Source: Negativicutes bacterium (GTDB taxonomy: Bacteria; Bacillota; Negativicutes; UBA1444). Taken from it: 64,000 bases of DNA. Under the pieces are notes generated by a model. The model was not told the origin of the DNA, searched no databases, and worked only from the letters and a program-made list of their open reading frames with translations. Location of the stretch: NCBI GenBank assembly GCA_963665275.2, contig CAXXIN010000012.1, forward strand, positions 64,001-128,000, written 5' to 3'. Position 1 is the first letter of the stretch, and every line of letters starts with the position of its first letter. This document shows, piece by piece, positions 1-9,918 of the stretch. A program made the translations under genes and the position numbers.

Positions 1-1108
1 ATTCCCACCAGCCACTTAACGGCTTTGTACGCATACATCTGCGGTATCACCAACCGGACCGGGCCGCCCAAGTCGGAGGGAATTTCGCTTCCATCCAGCA
101 GCACCGCCGCCATTACATCCGGCAAGCGCGCTTGCTCCAACGATAAAGCATCGGTATAAATCTTTTCGGCGGAATAAAATTTCACATACTTTGCCTGAGG
201 TTTCACCCCGACCCGCTCCAGCAAATCAGACAGGCGGACGCCCTCGTATGTGATCGTGTACACCGACCAGCCTTCGACGCAGTGAAAATCGCTGACCTGG
301 ACCACCCGCGGCAATTTCAAAAACTCTTCCCAACTGAAAGTCTGAGGCTTTTCCACCAGACCGTTCACCGTGAACTTCCAGTCAGCACTCGTTGTACAAG
401 GAATCTGCGGGTCAATTTTATATACTTTGAACTTCCCTGTGTACCCGCCGCCTTTGGGTGGTGAGGATTCCGGCAGCGGGCTGGGCGCCGGGGTCATCTT
501 GTTGCACTGGGCAAATATCGCCAACGTTTCGGTTTTGATGGTCTCAGCATGTTGCCCGAGCCATTTCCAAGCCACGCCAACACCGGCGAACAAGATGCCC
601 CCGATAACATAGCGCAAAAAACTGCGTCTTCCAGAGTTCGGCTCTGCCGCGACTGTATTTTCTACTGCGGCAGACTGTCGCCGCCGCTTCACAATTGAGT
701 AAAACAAGTGGGGTGAAACGATCAGCGCCCCGAAAAGAGCTGTAACCATGTGCATTTCATATAGTTGGGAACTTCCCTGGCCCAACCAACCCAGCAGCAA
801 CGCCGCAAGTAATCCGCCGCCCGAGATAATTAATCCCGCACCGACAACCAGCAACAGCCATAAATATTCCCGGCGATTGAGTCCATCAGGGGCTCCGCAC
901 CGAAATGCCCACAGATAAGGAATGTTGGCGAAAAACCCTACGATGAACAACGTTCCGGCAGCCAGATGAAAGCCCCGCAACGCGAATCGAAAATCGGAGA
1001 TAGAACCTCGAAGCGCTTCACTGTGGGAAGCGTCATTAAAGCGCCTGTAAGCGCCAAAATCACAAATAGAATGCCCAACAGTTGATGCAACCGGCGTTGA
1101 GCCTTCAT
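1..1108 (-). CDS. Molybdopterin-dependent oxidoreductase (sulfite oxidase/MsrP/YuiH-like) with N-terminal membrane segments; runs off the window start; apparent frameshift near 1015-1030
   Basis: Manual minus-strand translation gives DFHCVEGWSV...GGPVRLVIPQMYAYKAVKWL (Mo-binding Cys motif) and an RRSFL twin-Arg-like segment. The ATG at 1108 after AAGGGGG encodes MKAQRRLHQLLGILFVILALTGALM in a different frame from the body. Confidence 0.8.
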
Positions 1109-1279
1109 TCAAATCCGCCCCCTTTTCGATTTGAAAATTTCGAAAACCATTCACTATTTGGCATATTACGCAATCCTTAGTAAATTCATCTCCTCCAGTC
1201 CAAATTCCTGTCTGACCATAGTATATTCGGCAGATTTATCCATCCACAATCAAGTTAACCTTCATTATTCTTCATAAAA

Positions 1280-1316
1280 CCTGCCTGTTTCGCTGTCAGC
1301 GGGGCAGGCTTTTTTC
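1280..1316 (+). terminator. Hairpin with T-tract in the divergent intergenic region
   Basis: CCTGCC...GGCAGG stem with inner CGCT/AGCG, followed by TTTTTT. Confidence 0.45.
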
Positions 1317-1345
1317 TTGCCATGCATCGGCAAATATTATAAAAT
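1317..1345 (+). promoter_or_regulatory. Sigma70/SigA promoter of the aminotransferase
   Basis: TTGCCA-N17-TAAAAT. Confidence 0.55.
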
Positions 1346-1391
1346 GTCATCGTATATTGTGCAAATGTTCATCAGAAAAGGAGTCTTGCCA

Positions 1392-2552
1392 ATGCGTCCG
1401 TTTTCGAAACTTACTCAGGGCCTTCTCGGGCAACCCATGCTGGAAATTTTGTCTACCGTCACAGCAATGGAAGCGGCCGGTCGCAAAGTGTACCGGTTTG
1501 AAGTCGGCGATTCTGATTTCGACGCACATCCTCATATCATTGAAGCAACCAAGGCGGCTTTGGACGCTGGCCACACCCGATATGTCAACTCTATGGGCAT
1601 CGAGCCTCTACGCCAATCCATCTGCACTTACATCGAGCGCGGCTGGGGCTTCAGGCCGGACCTGGACCAAATCGTCGCAATGCCCTCCAACAGCATCATC
1701 GACTTCGTTGTCCGGTGTCTGGTCGATCCCGGCGATGAGGTTATCTTTCCCGATCCCGGCTTTCCTTCTTATTTTGCCGTTACCAATTATCTCGGCATCA
1801 AGGATGTTCGGGTACCTGTTTATGAGAGCAACGGCTTCCGCCTAAATCCTGACGACCTGGAAGCAAAAATCACTGATAAAACGAAACTGATCATCGTAAA
1901 CACCCCACAAAATCCTACCGGCGCCGTTATGACCGAAGAAGAAGCGGCACAGATCGCAGCTATCGCGAAAAAACACGATCTATGGCTGCTTAGCGATGAA
2001 ATGTACTCCGAAAACCTCTACGAAGGATTGCGGCATTTCTCTCCCGCCTCCCTGGATCAGTGCCGCGAACGCACCATTATCCTCCACGGATTTTCCAAAG
2101 GATTTTCGATGTCGGGCTGGCGTCTCGGCTATGCCGTCGGCCCAGCGCCACTCATGGCCAAAATGGGGACGATGTTTCAGACCATTTACTCCTGCGTGCC
2201 GCCCTTTATCCAATATGCCGGCATCAGCGCACTCGAAGGCGACCCGAAGCTGCTGCGTGACCGTATGAAATTTTACCAACACCTGCGGGATGTCATGGTC
2301 GGGGCTCTGAATACGATTCCGGGCATATCCTGCCCTGCCCCCAAAGGCGCGATCTACGCGTTTCCCAACATCAAGGGAACCGGACTCACCAGCCAGGAGT
2401 TCGCCAAAACCGTATTGGAAAAAGCGGGAGTCGCTACCGTTCCCGGCACCTGTTTCGGCCCGGGCGGCGAAGGCTACGTCCGTTTCTGCTACCTGCGCGA
2501 AGAAGCGATGCTGCTGGAAGCGTGCGAAAAGATGCGCCAGGCGTTGGCCTAA
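1392..2552 (+). CDS. Class I/II PLP-dependent aminotransferase (aspartate aminotransferase-like)
   Basis: NTPQNPTG, SDEMY and GFSKGFSMSGWRLG (PLP Lys) motifs; AAGGAG RBS before ATG 1392. Confidence 0.9.
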   Translation: MRPFSKLTQGLLGQPMLEILSTVTAMEAAGRKVYRFEVGDSDFDAHPHIIEATKAALDAGHTRYVNSMGIEPLRQSICTYIERGWGFRPDLDQIVAMPSNSIIDFVVRCLVDPGDEVIFPDPGFPSYFAVTNYLGIKDVRVPVYESNGFRLNPDDLEAKITDKTKLIIVNTPQNPTGAVMTEEEAAQIAAIAKKHDLWLLSDEMYSENLYEGLRHFSPASLDQCRERTIILHGFSKGFSMSGWRLGYAVGPAPLMAKMGTMFQTIYSCVPPFIQYAGISALEGDPKLLRDRMKFYQHLRDVMVGALNTIPGISCPAPKGAIYAFPNIKGTGLTSQEFAKTVLEKAGVATVPGTCFGPGGEGYVRFCYLREEAMLLEACEKMRQALA

Positions 2553-2578
2553 ACCTTGCACTTCGGGACCGGTAAACG

Positions 2579-2628
2579 AAGGCCGTCTCAAAGCAGGTTG
2601 CAAAACCTGTTTTGAGACGGCCCTTTTT
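2579..2628. terminator. Bidirectional intrinsic terminator between convergent genes
   Basis: Long inverted repeat GGCCGTCTCAAAGCAGGTT-GCAA-AACCTGTTTTGAGACGGCC followed by T run. Confidence 0.8.
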
Positions 2629-2654
2629 AGTCGACATACCTTTTTGCAAAAAGC

Positions 2655-3815
2655 TCAGCTGATTTCCCTGTTCACTACCGGAATCGTTAACAGCAACAAC
2701 GTTCCTGCAAACATCAGCAACGATCCTGCAACAATTGCCGCAGCCAGCGAGCCGGTCTGGTCACGCAGAAAGCCCGAAACCACCGGCGCCACTACTGCGG
2801 AAAACATGATGGCGCAGTTGAAAATCCCCACGGAGGCCCCTGTGAGTCCAGGGTGACGCCGTTCCACAATATCAACAGACCAGGTAAGCATCGAAGGCAC
2901 AAAAGCGGTATTGCTCAACATACCAAACAAAACGAGCATCCCGATCAAAGCCACGTGCCCTTCTAATACCGAGAGAAGCAATAATGCTATTGCTCCTGCC
3001 GGCAAAACAACAGCCGCAATTTTTTTGCGTCCAAAGCGATCCGCCAGCCGTCCCCAGAAAATCGACGCCGGTATGGCGCTTACGGCAATCAGACCGGTAT
3101 AAAAGCCGGATGCCCCCAGCGAAAACCCCCGTTCCACTTTCAGGAAAGTCGGCCCCCAGGTGACAGCGACCCAAAATCCATACAAGGCGGTAAAAGTTGC
3201 CAAGTTGATCCGCCATAAGTCCCAATCCAGCAAAATTGCCCGATACTGAGCCCAAGCCGGGGTCGGGGCTCCGCTAGTGTCCGGCAGATATTTGTAAAAC
3301 AAAAACCACATCAGAACTGTTGGAAGCGCCATCAGCAAAATAGGAATCCTTATGCTATGAAACAGTTCAAACAATGTGCCACCGGCGGTCATGCCAGTCA
3401 ACAGTCCAACAGCCATCCCGATCCCGATCAGCGCCGAACTCAATGCCCGCCTGCCCGGTTCCGTTTTTTGCATCACCATGCCAAACGAAGAGGGGTAGAA
3501 TCCTCCGGCGCCCAGTCCGTGCAAGGCCATGAAGACCAGCATCGCGGTATAATTTCCTACTGACAGCGCCATCCCAATCGCGCCTATCGAAGACAAGGCA
3601 TATGTCCAAAGCAGAACCCGCTTCATGCCGAACCGGTCGCCCAGTATCCCGGCGGGAATCTGTAACAAAAGGTACGTCAGGAAATATACCCCCGTCAGTA
3701 ATCCAGCATCAGCGGAAGACAGGGAATATTCAGCGGCAATGATGGACAATAACGGGTAGATAACCGTACGATTCGCATATGTCAGAGCCCAACCGGCTGC
3801 AAGAAGCATCAACAT
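2655..3815 (-). CDS. MFS transporter
   Basis: About 12 hydrophobic segments; motif A GILGDRFGMKR and repeat GRLADRFGRKK. Confidence 0.9.
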   Translation of the reverse strand: MLMLLAAGWALTYANRTVIYPLLSIIAAEYSLSSADAGLLTGVYFLTYLLLQIPAGILGDRFGMKRVLLWTYALSSIGAIGMALSVGNYTAMLVFMALHGLGAGGFYPSSFGMVMQKTEPGRRALSSALIGIGMAVGLLTGMTAGGTLFELFHSIRIPILLMALPTVLMWFLFYKYLPDTSGAPTPAWAQYRAILLDWDLWRINLATFTALYGFWVAVTWGPTFLKVERGFSLGASGFYTGLIAVSAIPASIFWGRLADRFGRKKIAAVVLPAGAIALLLLSVLEGHVALIGMLVLFGMLSNTAFVPSMLTWSVDIVERRHPGLTGASVGIFNCAIMFSAVVAPVVSGFLRDQTGSLAAAIVAGSLLMFAGTLLLLTIPVVNREIS

Positions 3816-3821
3816 CCAAAT

Positions 3822-4706
3822 TTATTCCTTTTCAAATGATTTCATCACTGCCTGCTGCAGGTCCGGCTGGCGAAATAAATAGTGTATTTCCTGCAAGCGT
3901 TCCGGTAAAACCCGCTGCCCCTGCAGAATCAGTTCATCCGCCATTTCACCGAATAAAAGCCGCAGCGGCAAAGCCGGAACGCGCAGCCAGGAAGGGCGTC
4001 TGAGCGCCACCCCGATGGCTGCCGCCATTTCATCCATAGTCGCCGGTTTTGGCGCCGTTACATTATAAGAATCCTGCATCGCTGAATCAGTGAGGGCATT
4101 GATAATCACCGCCACTACGTCATCCCGATGGATCCAGGAAATCCACTGTCGGCCGCTGCCAGCCGGGCCTCCGGCGAAAAACCGAAAGGGCGGGGCTAGC
4201 TTTGCGAGAAAGCCTCCGGGTCCAAGAACAACCCCAAGTCGTAGAATGACACATCTAACGCCAGATTGCTGCACGCGACACGCTTCCTGTTCCCAATCCT
4301 TTGCCACCTGGGACAGCCAACTGTTTCCGGCCCGACTCTGTTCGGTAAAATTCTCAGATGGGTGAGTGCCATAATAACCGACCGCTGAAAAACTGATTAA
4401 GGTTTTCGGCGGCTCTTTTCCTTTGGCCGCCAAATCCAGACAGGCGTCCACTAGGCTCCGGGTGAGGGGGATACGGCTGTCCCTTATTTTCTTTTTATAG
4501 ACATCTGTCCAGCGGCTGCCGGCAATACTTTCGCCCGCCATATTGATAATGGCCTCGATGCCTGTCAACGTCTCGGGCGGAATAGGCCGTCCAGGCGCAG
4601 GAACATCACGGCGGGTCAGAAGCACGACTTCATGCCCCTGACCCTGCAATGCGCTAACCAACGTTTTGCCGATAAACCCGGTTCCGCCAGTCACCAGAAT
4701 ACGCAT
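3822..4706 (-). CDS. TIGR01777/YfcH-like NAD-dependent epimerase family protein
   Basis: MRILVTGGTGFIG Rossmann start, SAVGYYG, GSGRQWISWIH. Confidence 0.9.
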   Translation of the reverse strand: MRILVTGGTGFIGKTLVSALQGQGHEVVLLTRRDVPAPGRPIPPETLTGIEAIINMAGESIAGSRWTDVYKKKIRDSRIPLTRSLVDACLDLAAKGKEPPKTLISFSAVGYYGTHPSENFTEQSRAGNSWLSQVAKDWEQEACRVQQSGVRCVILRLGVVLGPGGFLAKLAPPFRFFAGGPAGSGRQWISWIHRDDVVAVIINALTDSAMQDSYNVTAPKPATMDEMAAAIGVALRRPSWLRVPALPLRLLFGEMADELILQGQRVLPERLQEIHYLFRQPDLQQAVMKSFEKE

Positions 4707-4725
4707 TCCGGTCACTCTCCCTCGC

Positions 4726-5871
4726 CTATCCTTGACTCCACTCCACCCAGGCCGCACCTACCGCCGCCCCTTGCTGCACCTTTACGCCAAGCGCCGTTAA
4801 CGTTCTTTCCAATGCATAGAGGGTCAATACCAGTTCATTGATGCATATGTTTCCCATATGACCAACCCGGAAGATCTTGCCTTTTAACGGGCCGACGCCG
4901 CCTGCGACAATGATATCGTATTCTTCCATTTTGGCCCGGAAGGCCACATCATCCATTCCTTCGGGGTATTTGATGACAGAGAGCGTCGGAGCGACTGCGT
5001 CTGTTTCTGTGACGAGCGTAAGCCCCAACGCCTTCAGACCGGCCCGAAAACTACGGGCAATCTTTTCATGGCGGGCATACCGCACTTCCAACCCTTCCTC
5101 CAGAATGATCTGCACCGCTTTCGCCAAGGCCTGGATAAGATTCACCGGTGGAGTCGAAAAATACATGGAGGGATTGTCCATAACCGGCAGCCAGTTTTTC
5201 CAGTCCACGTAATAACCGGCCACCGTTCCAAGAGATTCCCGGCGAGCCAGCGCTTTTTCATTGAAAGCCACGATGGTCAGTCCCGGCGGTGTGCCAAAAG
5301 CCTTTTGGCTCGTGGTGATGACGACGTCGATCCCAAAATCTTTCATCGGTTCCGGAATACCGGCGCTCGCACAAACTCCGTCCAGAATGAACAGCGTATC
5401 GTATTTTTTCGCCAGTGCCGCGACTTCCTTGACCTGTCCCATGACCCCGGTCGAAGTGTCCACATGCGTCAACGTCAGCGCCGCATATTTCTTCGACTTC
5501 AGTTTTGCCTCAATGTCGGAGAGGGAAACCCGCGCACCTGCAGGCGCCGTCAAGACATCCGGCACGATCCCCAATGCCTTGGTCAATGGCACAAAACGCT
5601 CGCCAAAATAGCCCTGCGTAATGACGAGAACTTCTTCTCCCGCCCGTACGGTGTTGATGAGGCCCATCTCCATGGAAAGAGTTCCTGCTCCGCCGATTGC
5701 CACTACATGATCAGCCTGGAAGATTGTTTTCAGTCCCGCCAGACAATCTTTATAGATCGTCACGAACGGGCCGTAAGTGTGCCCGTATGTCGGCCCGGCC
5801 AACGCCTGCCTGATCGGTTCGGCCACCGGCGTCGGTCCGGGAATCATCACCAAAGGATTCTGTCTGATCAT
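4726..5871 (-). CDS. Class V PLP aminotransferase (alanine-glyoxylate/serine-pyruvate family)
   Basis: MIPGPTPV, HVDTSTG, TSQKAFGTPPG, FRVGHMG; AAAGGAG RBS before ATG 5871. Confidence 0.9.
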   Translation of the reverse strand: MIRQNPLVMIPGPTPVAEPIRQALAGPTYGHTYGPFVTIYKDCLAGLKTIFQADHVVAIGGAGTLSMEMGLINTVRAGEEVLVITQGYFGERFVPLTKALGIVPDVLTAPAGARVSLSDIEAKLKSKKYAALTLTHVDTSTGVMGQVKEVAALAKKYDTLFILDGVCASAGIPEPMKDFGIDVVITTSQKAFGTPPGLTIVAFNEKALARRESLGTVAGYYVDWKNWLPVMDNPSMYFSTPPVNLIQALAKAVQIILEEGLEVRYARHEKIARSFRAGLKALGLTLVTETDAVAPTLSVIKYPEGMDDVAFRAKMEEYDIIVAGGVGPLKGKIFRVGHMGNICINELVLTLYALERTLTALGVKVQQGAAVGAAWVEWSQG

Positions 5872-5939
5872 TTCACTACACTCCTTTGTCTTCATAATTG
5901 GCACAGCCCAGCAGTTCTTCTTTTCTCGTTTTTTGACCA

Positions 5940-6353
5940 TTATCCTGCCGAATTTCCAACAGTTTTCTGAGGCTTATCGATTTTCTCACGAACCTCCACG
6001 ATCAGCGGGCAACCGATATTGCAACGCCCGCAGCCGATGCACCCGCCGACCTTGCGGCGGACTGTCACATAATCCTCTCCCTCAACTTCCATCTGCCGAT
6101 CCATCCATCCTTTCACATATACCAACGCCAATAGACAAATCAGGGTAAATACGTTGGCAAAAAAAACCGAGGGACTAGCCATATAGTAGCCATAAACCAT
6201 CCAGAGAAAAACACCCGAAGACATCATGACCAACCAGATCCAGGACAGATCTCCGGTTGACCTGCTACGCACCGTTTTGGCAACCTGCGGCAAAAACGCG
6301 CAGGTCGTCAGGGCCCCTGCCACAATACCTATCCATTCAACAGTCATTTTCAT
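5940..6353 (-). CDS. SemiSWEET/PQ-loop transporter with an in-frame C-terminal CxxCxxCxxxCP extension
   Basis: GIVAGALTTCAFLPQV...STGDLS and three TM helices, then GCIGCGRCNIGCP. Confidence 0.8.
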   Translation of the reverse strand: MKMTVEWIGIVAGALTTCAFLPQVAKTVRSRSTGDLSWIWLVMMSSGVFLWMVYGYYMASPSVFFANVFTLICLLALVYVKGWMDRQMEVEGEDYVTVRRKVGGCIGCGRCNIGCPLIVEVREKIDKPQKTVGNSAG

Positions 6354-6377
6354 ACCCCGCTTTGTAAATCATCCTAT

Positions 6378-7280
6378 TCATGGAGTGGAGAAGCCTTTGA
6401 AAAAATTCCAGATCAGGGTATTAGCATCGATATCCTTGGAGGTTTTTCCAATAAACGGCTCAGGCAGATACTGATATCCACCCGGCCAGGTATGTCCGCC
6501 GCCTTCGATGGCAACCAAGGTCACATCAGCTTTGTCGCCGCAATCGGCAAATAGCTCCAGACGCACCCGAGTACCGTCTTGGGGGTCGCGGTCCGGTTCG
6601 CTCATTACCAGGGGCGCCCCTTTGCAAAGATTACGCGATGCCCAGAAACGGGCGGTTTCGGCAGCAGACACCACCTTGCCGAATTCTTCGAAGCCGGCCA
6701 CCGCGCCTCCTCCCCAGGGAATAATCGGATCTGCCGTTCCATGAATGACCATGACGGGTACCGGTCGTGACGGCTTGCACACAGTTGCCATTCCAGCCGG
6801 CATCGTGCCTGCCACTGTCGCAATGGCCGCCACCCGGTTCGAATATTCGCAGGCCATGCGTTGCGCCATCATTCCTCCGTTTGAAATCCCTGCCATATAT
6901 ACGCGTTTTTTGTCGACTCTGGATTCAGCCGCCAGTTTATCCACGATGGCCAGCAAAAATCCGGCATCGTCCACCGTCCCGTCCTGTTCATTCCAACGGC
7001 GCTCCAATGCATCCGGGTATACGACGATGAACTTTTCCTTATCGGCGATGCGTTCAAACCCTCTTTGCGTCACCGTCATCATCACCTCGCCGTTGCCGGC
7101 GCTGCCGTGCAAAACGAACAGAAGCGGCGCCGGGATATTTTTATCGGACCCTGGCGGGGTATAGATCAAAAAAGTCCGTGTAACGCCGTCCAGCACGACC
7201 TCGGACGCCACCGGCTCAGCCGCGTATACTGTCACACCATACACCAGCAGCATGGCCAACAATAGAATTCGACTCCGCAC
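6378..7280 (-). CDS. Secreted PHB depolymerase/LpqC-family alpha/beta hydrolase
   Basis: Signal peptide; VLHG, GISNGG nucleophile elbow, HGTADP, GGGHTWPG. Confidence 0.85.
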   Translation of the reverse strand: MRSRILLLAMLLVYGVTVYAAEPVASEVVLDGVTRTFLIYTPPGSDKNIPAPLLFVLHGSAGNGEVMMTVTQRGFERIADKEKFIVVYPDALERRWNEQDGTVDDAGFLLAIVDKLAAESRVDKKRVYMAGISNGGMMAQRMACEYSNRVAAIATVAGTMPAGMATVCKPSRPVPVMVIHGTADPIIPWGGGAVAGFEEFGKVVSAAETARFWASRNLCKGAPLVMSEPDRDPQDGTRVRLELFADCGDKADVTLVAIEGGGHTWPGGYQYLPEPFIGKTSKDIDANTLIWNFFKGFSTP

Positions 7281-7287
7281 AGATACT

Positions 7288-7968
7288 TCAGCTCCCCTCT
7301 TTTGCAAATCGAACCCAAATGGATGTCAGCACCCGAACCGGTTTTTGTCCCTGTGGTTGACGAGCTGGTTCGAACCTCCATCGCGACACATTTTCCCGGG
7401 CCGCTTCATCCAAAATCTTCGACCCACTCGAGCGACCGAGAACAATTTTGCCGACACTGCCATTTTCCAGCACTTCCACGCTCAGCAGCACGTCGCCTGT
7501 CAATGCGCCTCTTGCTGCTTCCGGAGCCAGCAGTGGCGGTCGTTCTTTGATCTTGGGCGGAATCAGTGCGAATCCACTTGACTCTCCTTCGATCGGGTCT
7601 AACGGTCTTTCAGAAGAATTCTGCGCACCTACAGGTCCAGTTGCAACCTCCGGTGTTTTGGGGGGTGGGACAGGTTTTTGCGAGGGGGTCCCCGTTGCAT
7701 CCGCCGGCGCCGCTTTGCTTTCCTGTCCCGGAACGGATAAATCCGACGGTGCCGGAGTTGACGCGGAACCTTGTTTTTGAGCAGGTTTATCGGGCGCCGG
7801 CTTCTCGGGAGTCGGCGCACTCCATGTCCATTCCACCTCAGGTTCGACGGTTGGCATCGGCGAGAACATCCACGTTCCCCAAAAAAGCACTCCGGCCAGA
7901 ACATGCAGACTCAGCGAAACTCCGAGTGCAATCCAAAAATCATGGGATGCCGCTCCCCTCCGTCTCAC
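7288..7968 (-). CDS. tonB: TonB family energy transducer
   Basis: N-terminal TM with SxxxH (SLSLH), Pro-rich linker, C-terminal SSGSKILDEAA...WRFEPA. Confidence 0.85.
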   Translation of the reverse strand: MRRRGAASHDFWIALGVSLSLHVLAGVLFWGTWMFSPMPTVEPEVEWTWSAPTPEKPAPDKPAQKQGSASTPAPSDLSVPGQESKAAPADATGTPSQKPVPPPKTPEVATGPVGAQNSSERPLDPIEGESSGFALIPPKIKERPPLLAPEAARGALTGDVLLSVEVLENGSVGKIVLGRSSGSKILDEAARENVSRWRFEPARQPQGQKPVRVLTSIWVRFAKEGS

Positions 7969-8372
7969 GGGACGAGGTCCACCGCAACGGTCAATCGCTG
8001 CACGCCGAGCCGGCGCAATAAGTCCAATACTTCAACTACCTTCCCGTAGGCAACGGCTCGGTCGGCCCGGAGCACAAACCGCGTTTCCCGATCTTGCACC
8101 ATTGCCGCACGAATCTGTGCTTCCAGTTCAACGACAGAAACGCCCTTTTCACCGAATTGGACGCTGCCGTCAGCCATCACCGTGATCGGCGCCGTCCGCT
8201 GCGCCTCGGCATCCGGTGCAGATGCCGCAGGCAATGTCACAGGCAGCACTTTCTGTTCCACCATGAACATCGTACTCATCATAAAAAACACCAGCAAAAA
8301 GAACATAATATCAATCATGGGAATGACCATCAACCGAGGATTTTCAGCAAATCTCCGCTCACGGATCTTCAC
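7965..8372 (-). CDS. exbD: Biopolymer transporter ExbD
   Basis: IPMIDIMFFLLVFFM TM with conserved Asp; LRADRAVAYGKVV. Confidence 0.9.
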   Translation of the reverse strand: MKIRERRFAENPRLMVIPMIDIMFFLLVFFMMSTMFMVEQKVLPVTLPAASAPDAEAQRTAPITVMADGSVQFGEKGVSVVELEAQIRAAMVQDRETRFVLRADRAVAYGKVVEVLDLLRRLGVQRLTVAVDLVP

Positions 8373-8983
8373 GATTCCCGCTCCTGGATCGCTGATAACA
8401 CAAGGGAGGCAACCTCTTCCACATCACCCAGCATCCGGTCGAGTCGATTTCGAAAATAGGACAGCAGAACAAGGGCCAGGATGGCCACGCACAGTCCTGC
8501 CGCCGTCGCAATCAACGCCTCACCGACTCCGCCCGTGATCGCGAAGGGCTGCCCGCTGCGAACGTTCAGCACATTAAAAGCACGAATCATGCCGATCACT
8601 GTTCCCAAAAGCCCCAATAGCGGCGCCAACGTCACCATCAGCCCCAGGATATCCAACCGTTGTCGCAACCTCGCCGCGCCGCGGTTGGCCACTCCTTCCA
8701 TCGCCATGTCCGCAGCGCGGCTGCCTCGCATGGCATTTTCAAGCCCTGCAGATGCAACCAGCGCAATCAACGACTCCGTTTCCCCCGCCTCCGTCAGTGC
8801 AGCCTTCCAATCACCCTGTTTCAAAAAAGGCTCCAGCCGTTCCTGTAAAAGAGCGCTGTTTGCATCCCCTCTATGAAAAGCGCGGAACCTATCAACAGCC
8901 ACCGCCACGGATAACACCGACCCCAGAAAAAGCAACGGCATCACAAGGCCGCCTTTTTCAAGCAATGCCCAGAATTCAGCCAT
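8369..8983 (-). CDS. exbB: MotA/TolQ/ExbB proton channel
   Basis: APLLGLLGTVIGMI and GVGEALIATAAGL motifs; AAGGAGG RBS. Confidence 0.9.
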   Translation of the reverse strand: MAEFWALLEKGGLVMPLLFLGSVLSVAVAVDRFRAFHRGDANSALLQERLEPFLKQGDWKAALTEAGETESLIALVASAGLENAMRGSRAADMAMEGVANRGAARLRQRLDILGLMVTLAPLLGLLGTVIGMIRAFNVLNVRSGQPFAITGGVGEALIATAAGLCVAILALVLLSYFRNRLDRMLGDVEEVASLVLSAIQERES

Positions 8984-8994
8984 CCTTACCTCCT

Positions 8995-9474
8995 TTATCG
9001 CCCTGCCGCAGGCAATATGAAAAATTGCCACACGGCAAAATCCTCGCATCCGTATGTCGCCACCCGGCCACGAATCATCGCCTGCCCGTCACCCAGGAAC
9101 ACCTTTCCTTCCAAGCTTACCATCCGGTAACTCGGATCCACAGGTTGGTCGATCCAGTTTTCCGGCTTCAGGAATAGGGCCCGCGTCGCCGGGTCCCACG
9201 TACCCGTCATCCGAAACGACCCGGTTGGCACCTGCGGATTATCCGGGTCCGCCGAGAAAGCGAATTCTGCTTCCATACGGCGTTCACCTCCGCCAGGCAA
9301 CGGCCGGAGCGTCAAGCGCAGTCGGGTCAACCCCTGATTGCATACATACGACCCATGCCAGGGCGCCGACAGCAGCAATGGCATCATATCCGTCGCCGCT
9401 TGCGCTTGGGGAGCAAAAGGGATGGATATCAGAAGAACGCCCAATAGGATCCCCAGCCAATACGTCCTGCTCAT
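8995..9474 (-). CDS. Hypothetical exported protein (two Cys)
   Basis: Signal peptide ending AQA; ATGA overlap with upstream glyoxalase; WHGSYVCNQG...YGCEDF. Confidence 0.6.
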   Translation of the reverse strand: MSRTYWLGILLGVLLISIPFAPQAQAATDMMPLLLSAPWHGSYVCNQGLTRLRLTLRPLPGGGERRMEAEFAFSADPDNPQVPTGSFRMTGTWDPATRALFLKPENWIDQPVDPSYRMVSLEGKVFLGDGQAMIRGRVATYGCEDFAVWQFFILPAAGR

Positions 9475-9836
9475 TTCCGGACCGGAACGATCTCCAGCCA
9501 ATATCCGTCGGGATCCGCGATGAAATAAATCCCCATCGCTTTATTTTCATAGCAGATGCAGCCCATTTTTTTGTGCAGCTCGTAGGCCTTGTCGAAATCT
9601 TCGACCCTGAACGCGAGATGAAATTCGTTTTCTCCCAAATTATAGGCTTCTTTGCGGTCTTTTAGCCAAGTTAGTTCCAGACTGTGGGGCGTTTTACCAT
9701 CCCCCAGGTAGACCAGTGTGAAGTCCGGATTTCCCACCCGGCGGACCTCGGTGAGATTGAGCGCTTCCTTGTAAAAGGCAAGGCTCTGCTCAAGATTCAA
9801 AACATTGAAGTTGTTGTGTGCGAAAGTAAATTCCAT
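9471..9836 (-). CDS. gloA: Lactoylglutathione lyase / VOC family
   Basis: HNNFNV, LELTW, HLAF, DPDGYWLEI metal-ligand motifs. Confidence 0.85.
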   Translation of the reverse strand: MEFTFAHNNFNVLNLEQSLAFYKEALNLTEVRRVGNPDFTLVYLGDGKTPHSLELTWLKDRKEAYNLGENEFHLAFRVEDFDKAYELHKKMGCICYENKAMGIYFIADPDGYWLEIVPVRK

Positions 9837-9918
9837 GATGTTGCCTCCTTGAAGGTTTTTATTATATTATACCTTAAATGCATCAATCAGCACGTCACAT
9901 CACAGGGAGGTTTTTTCC

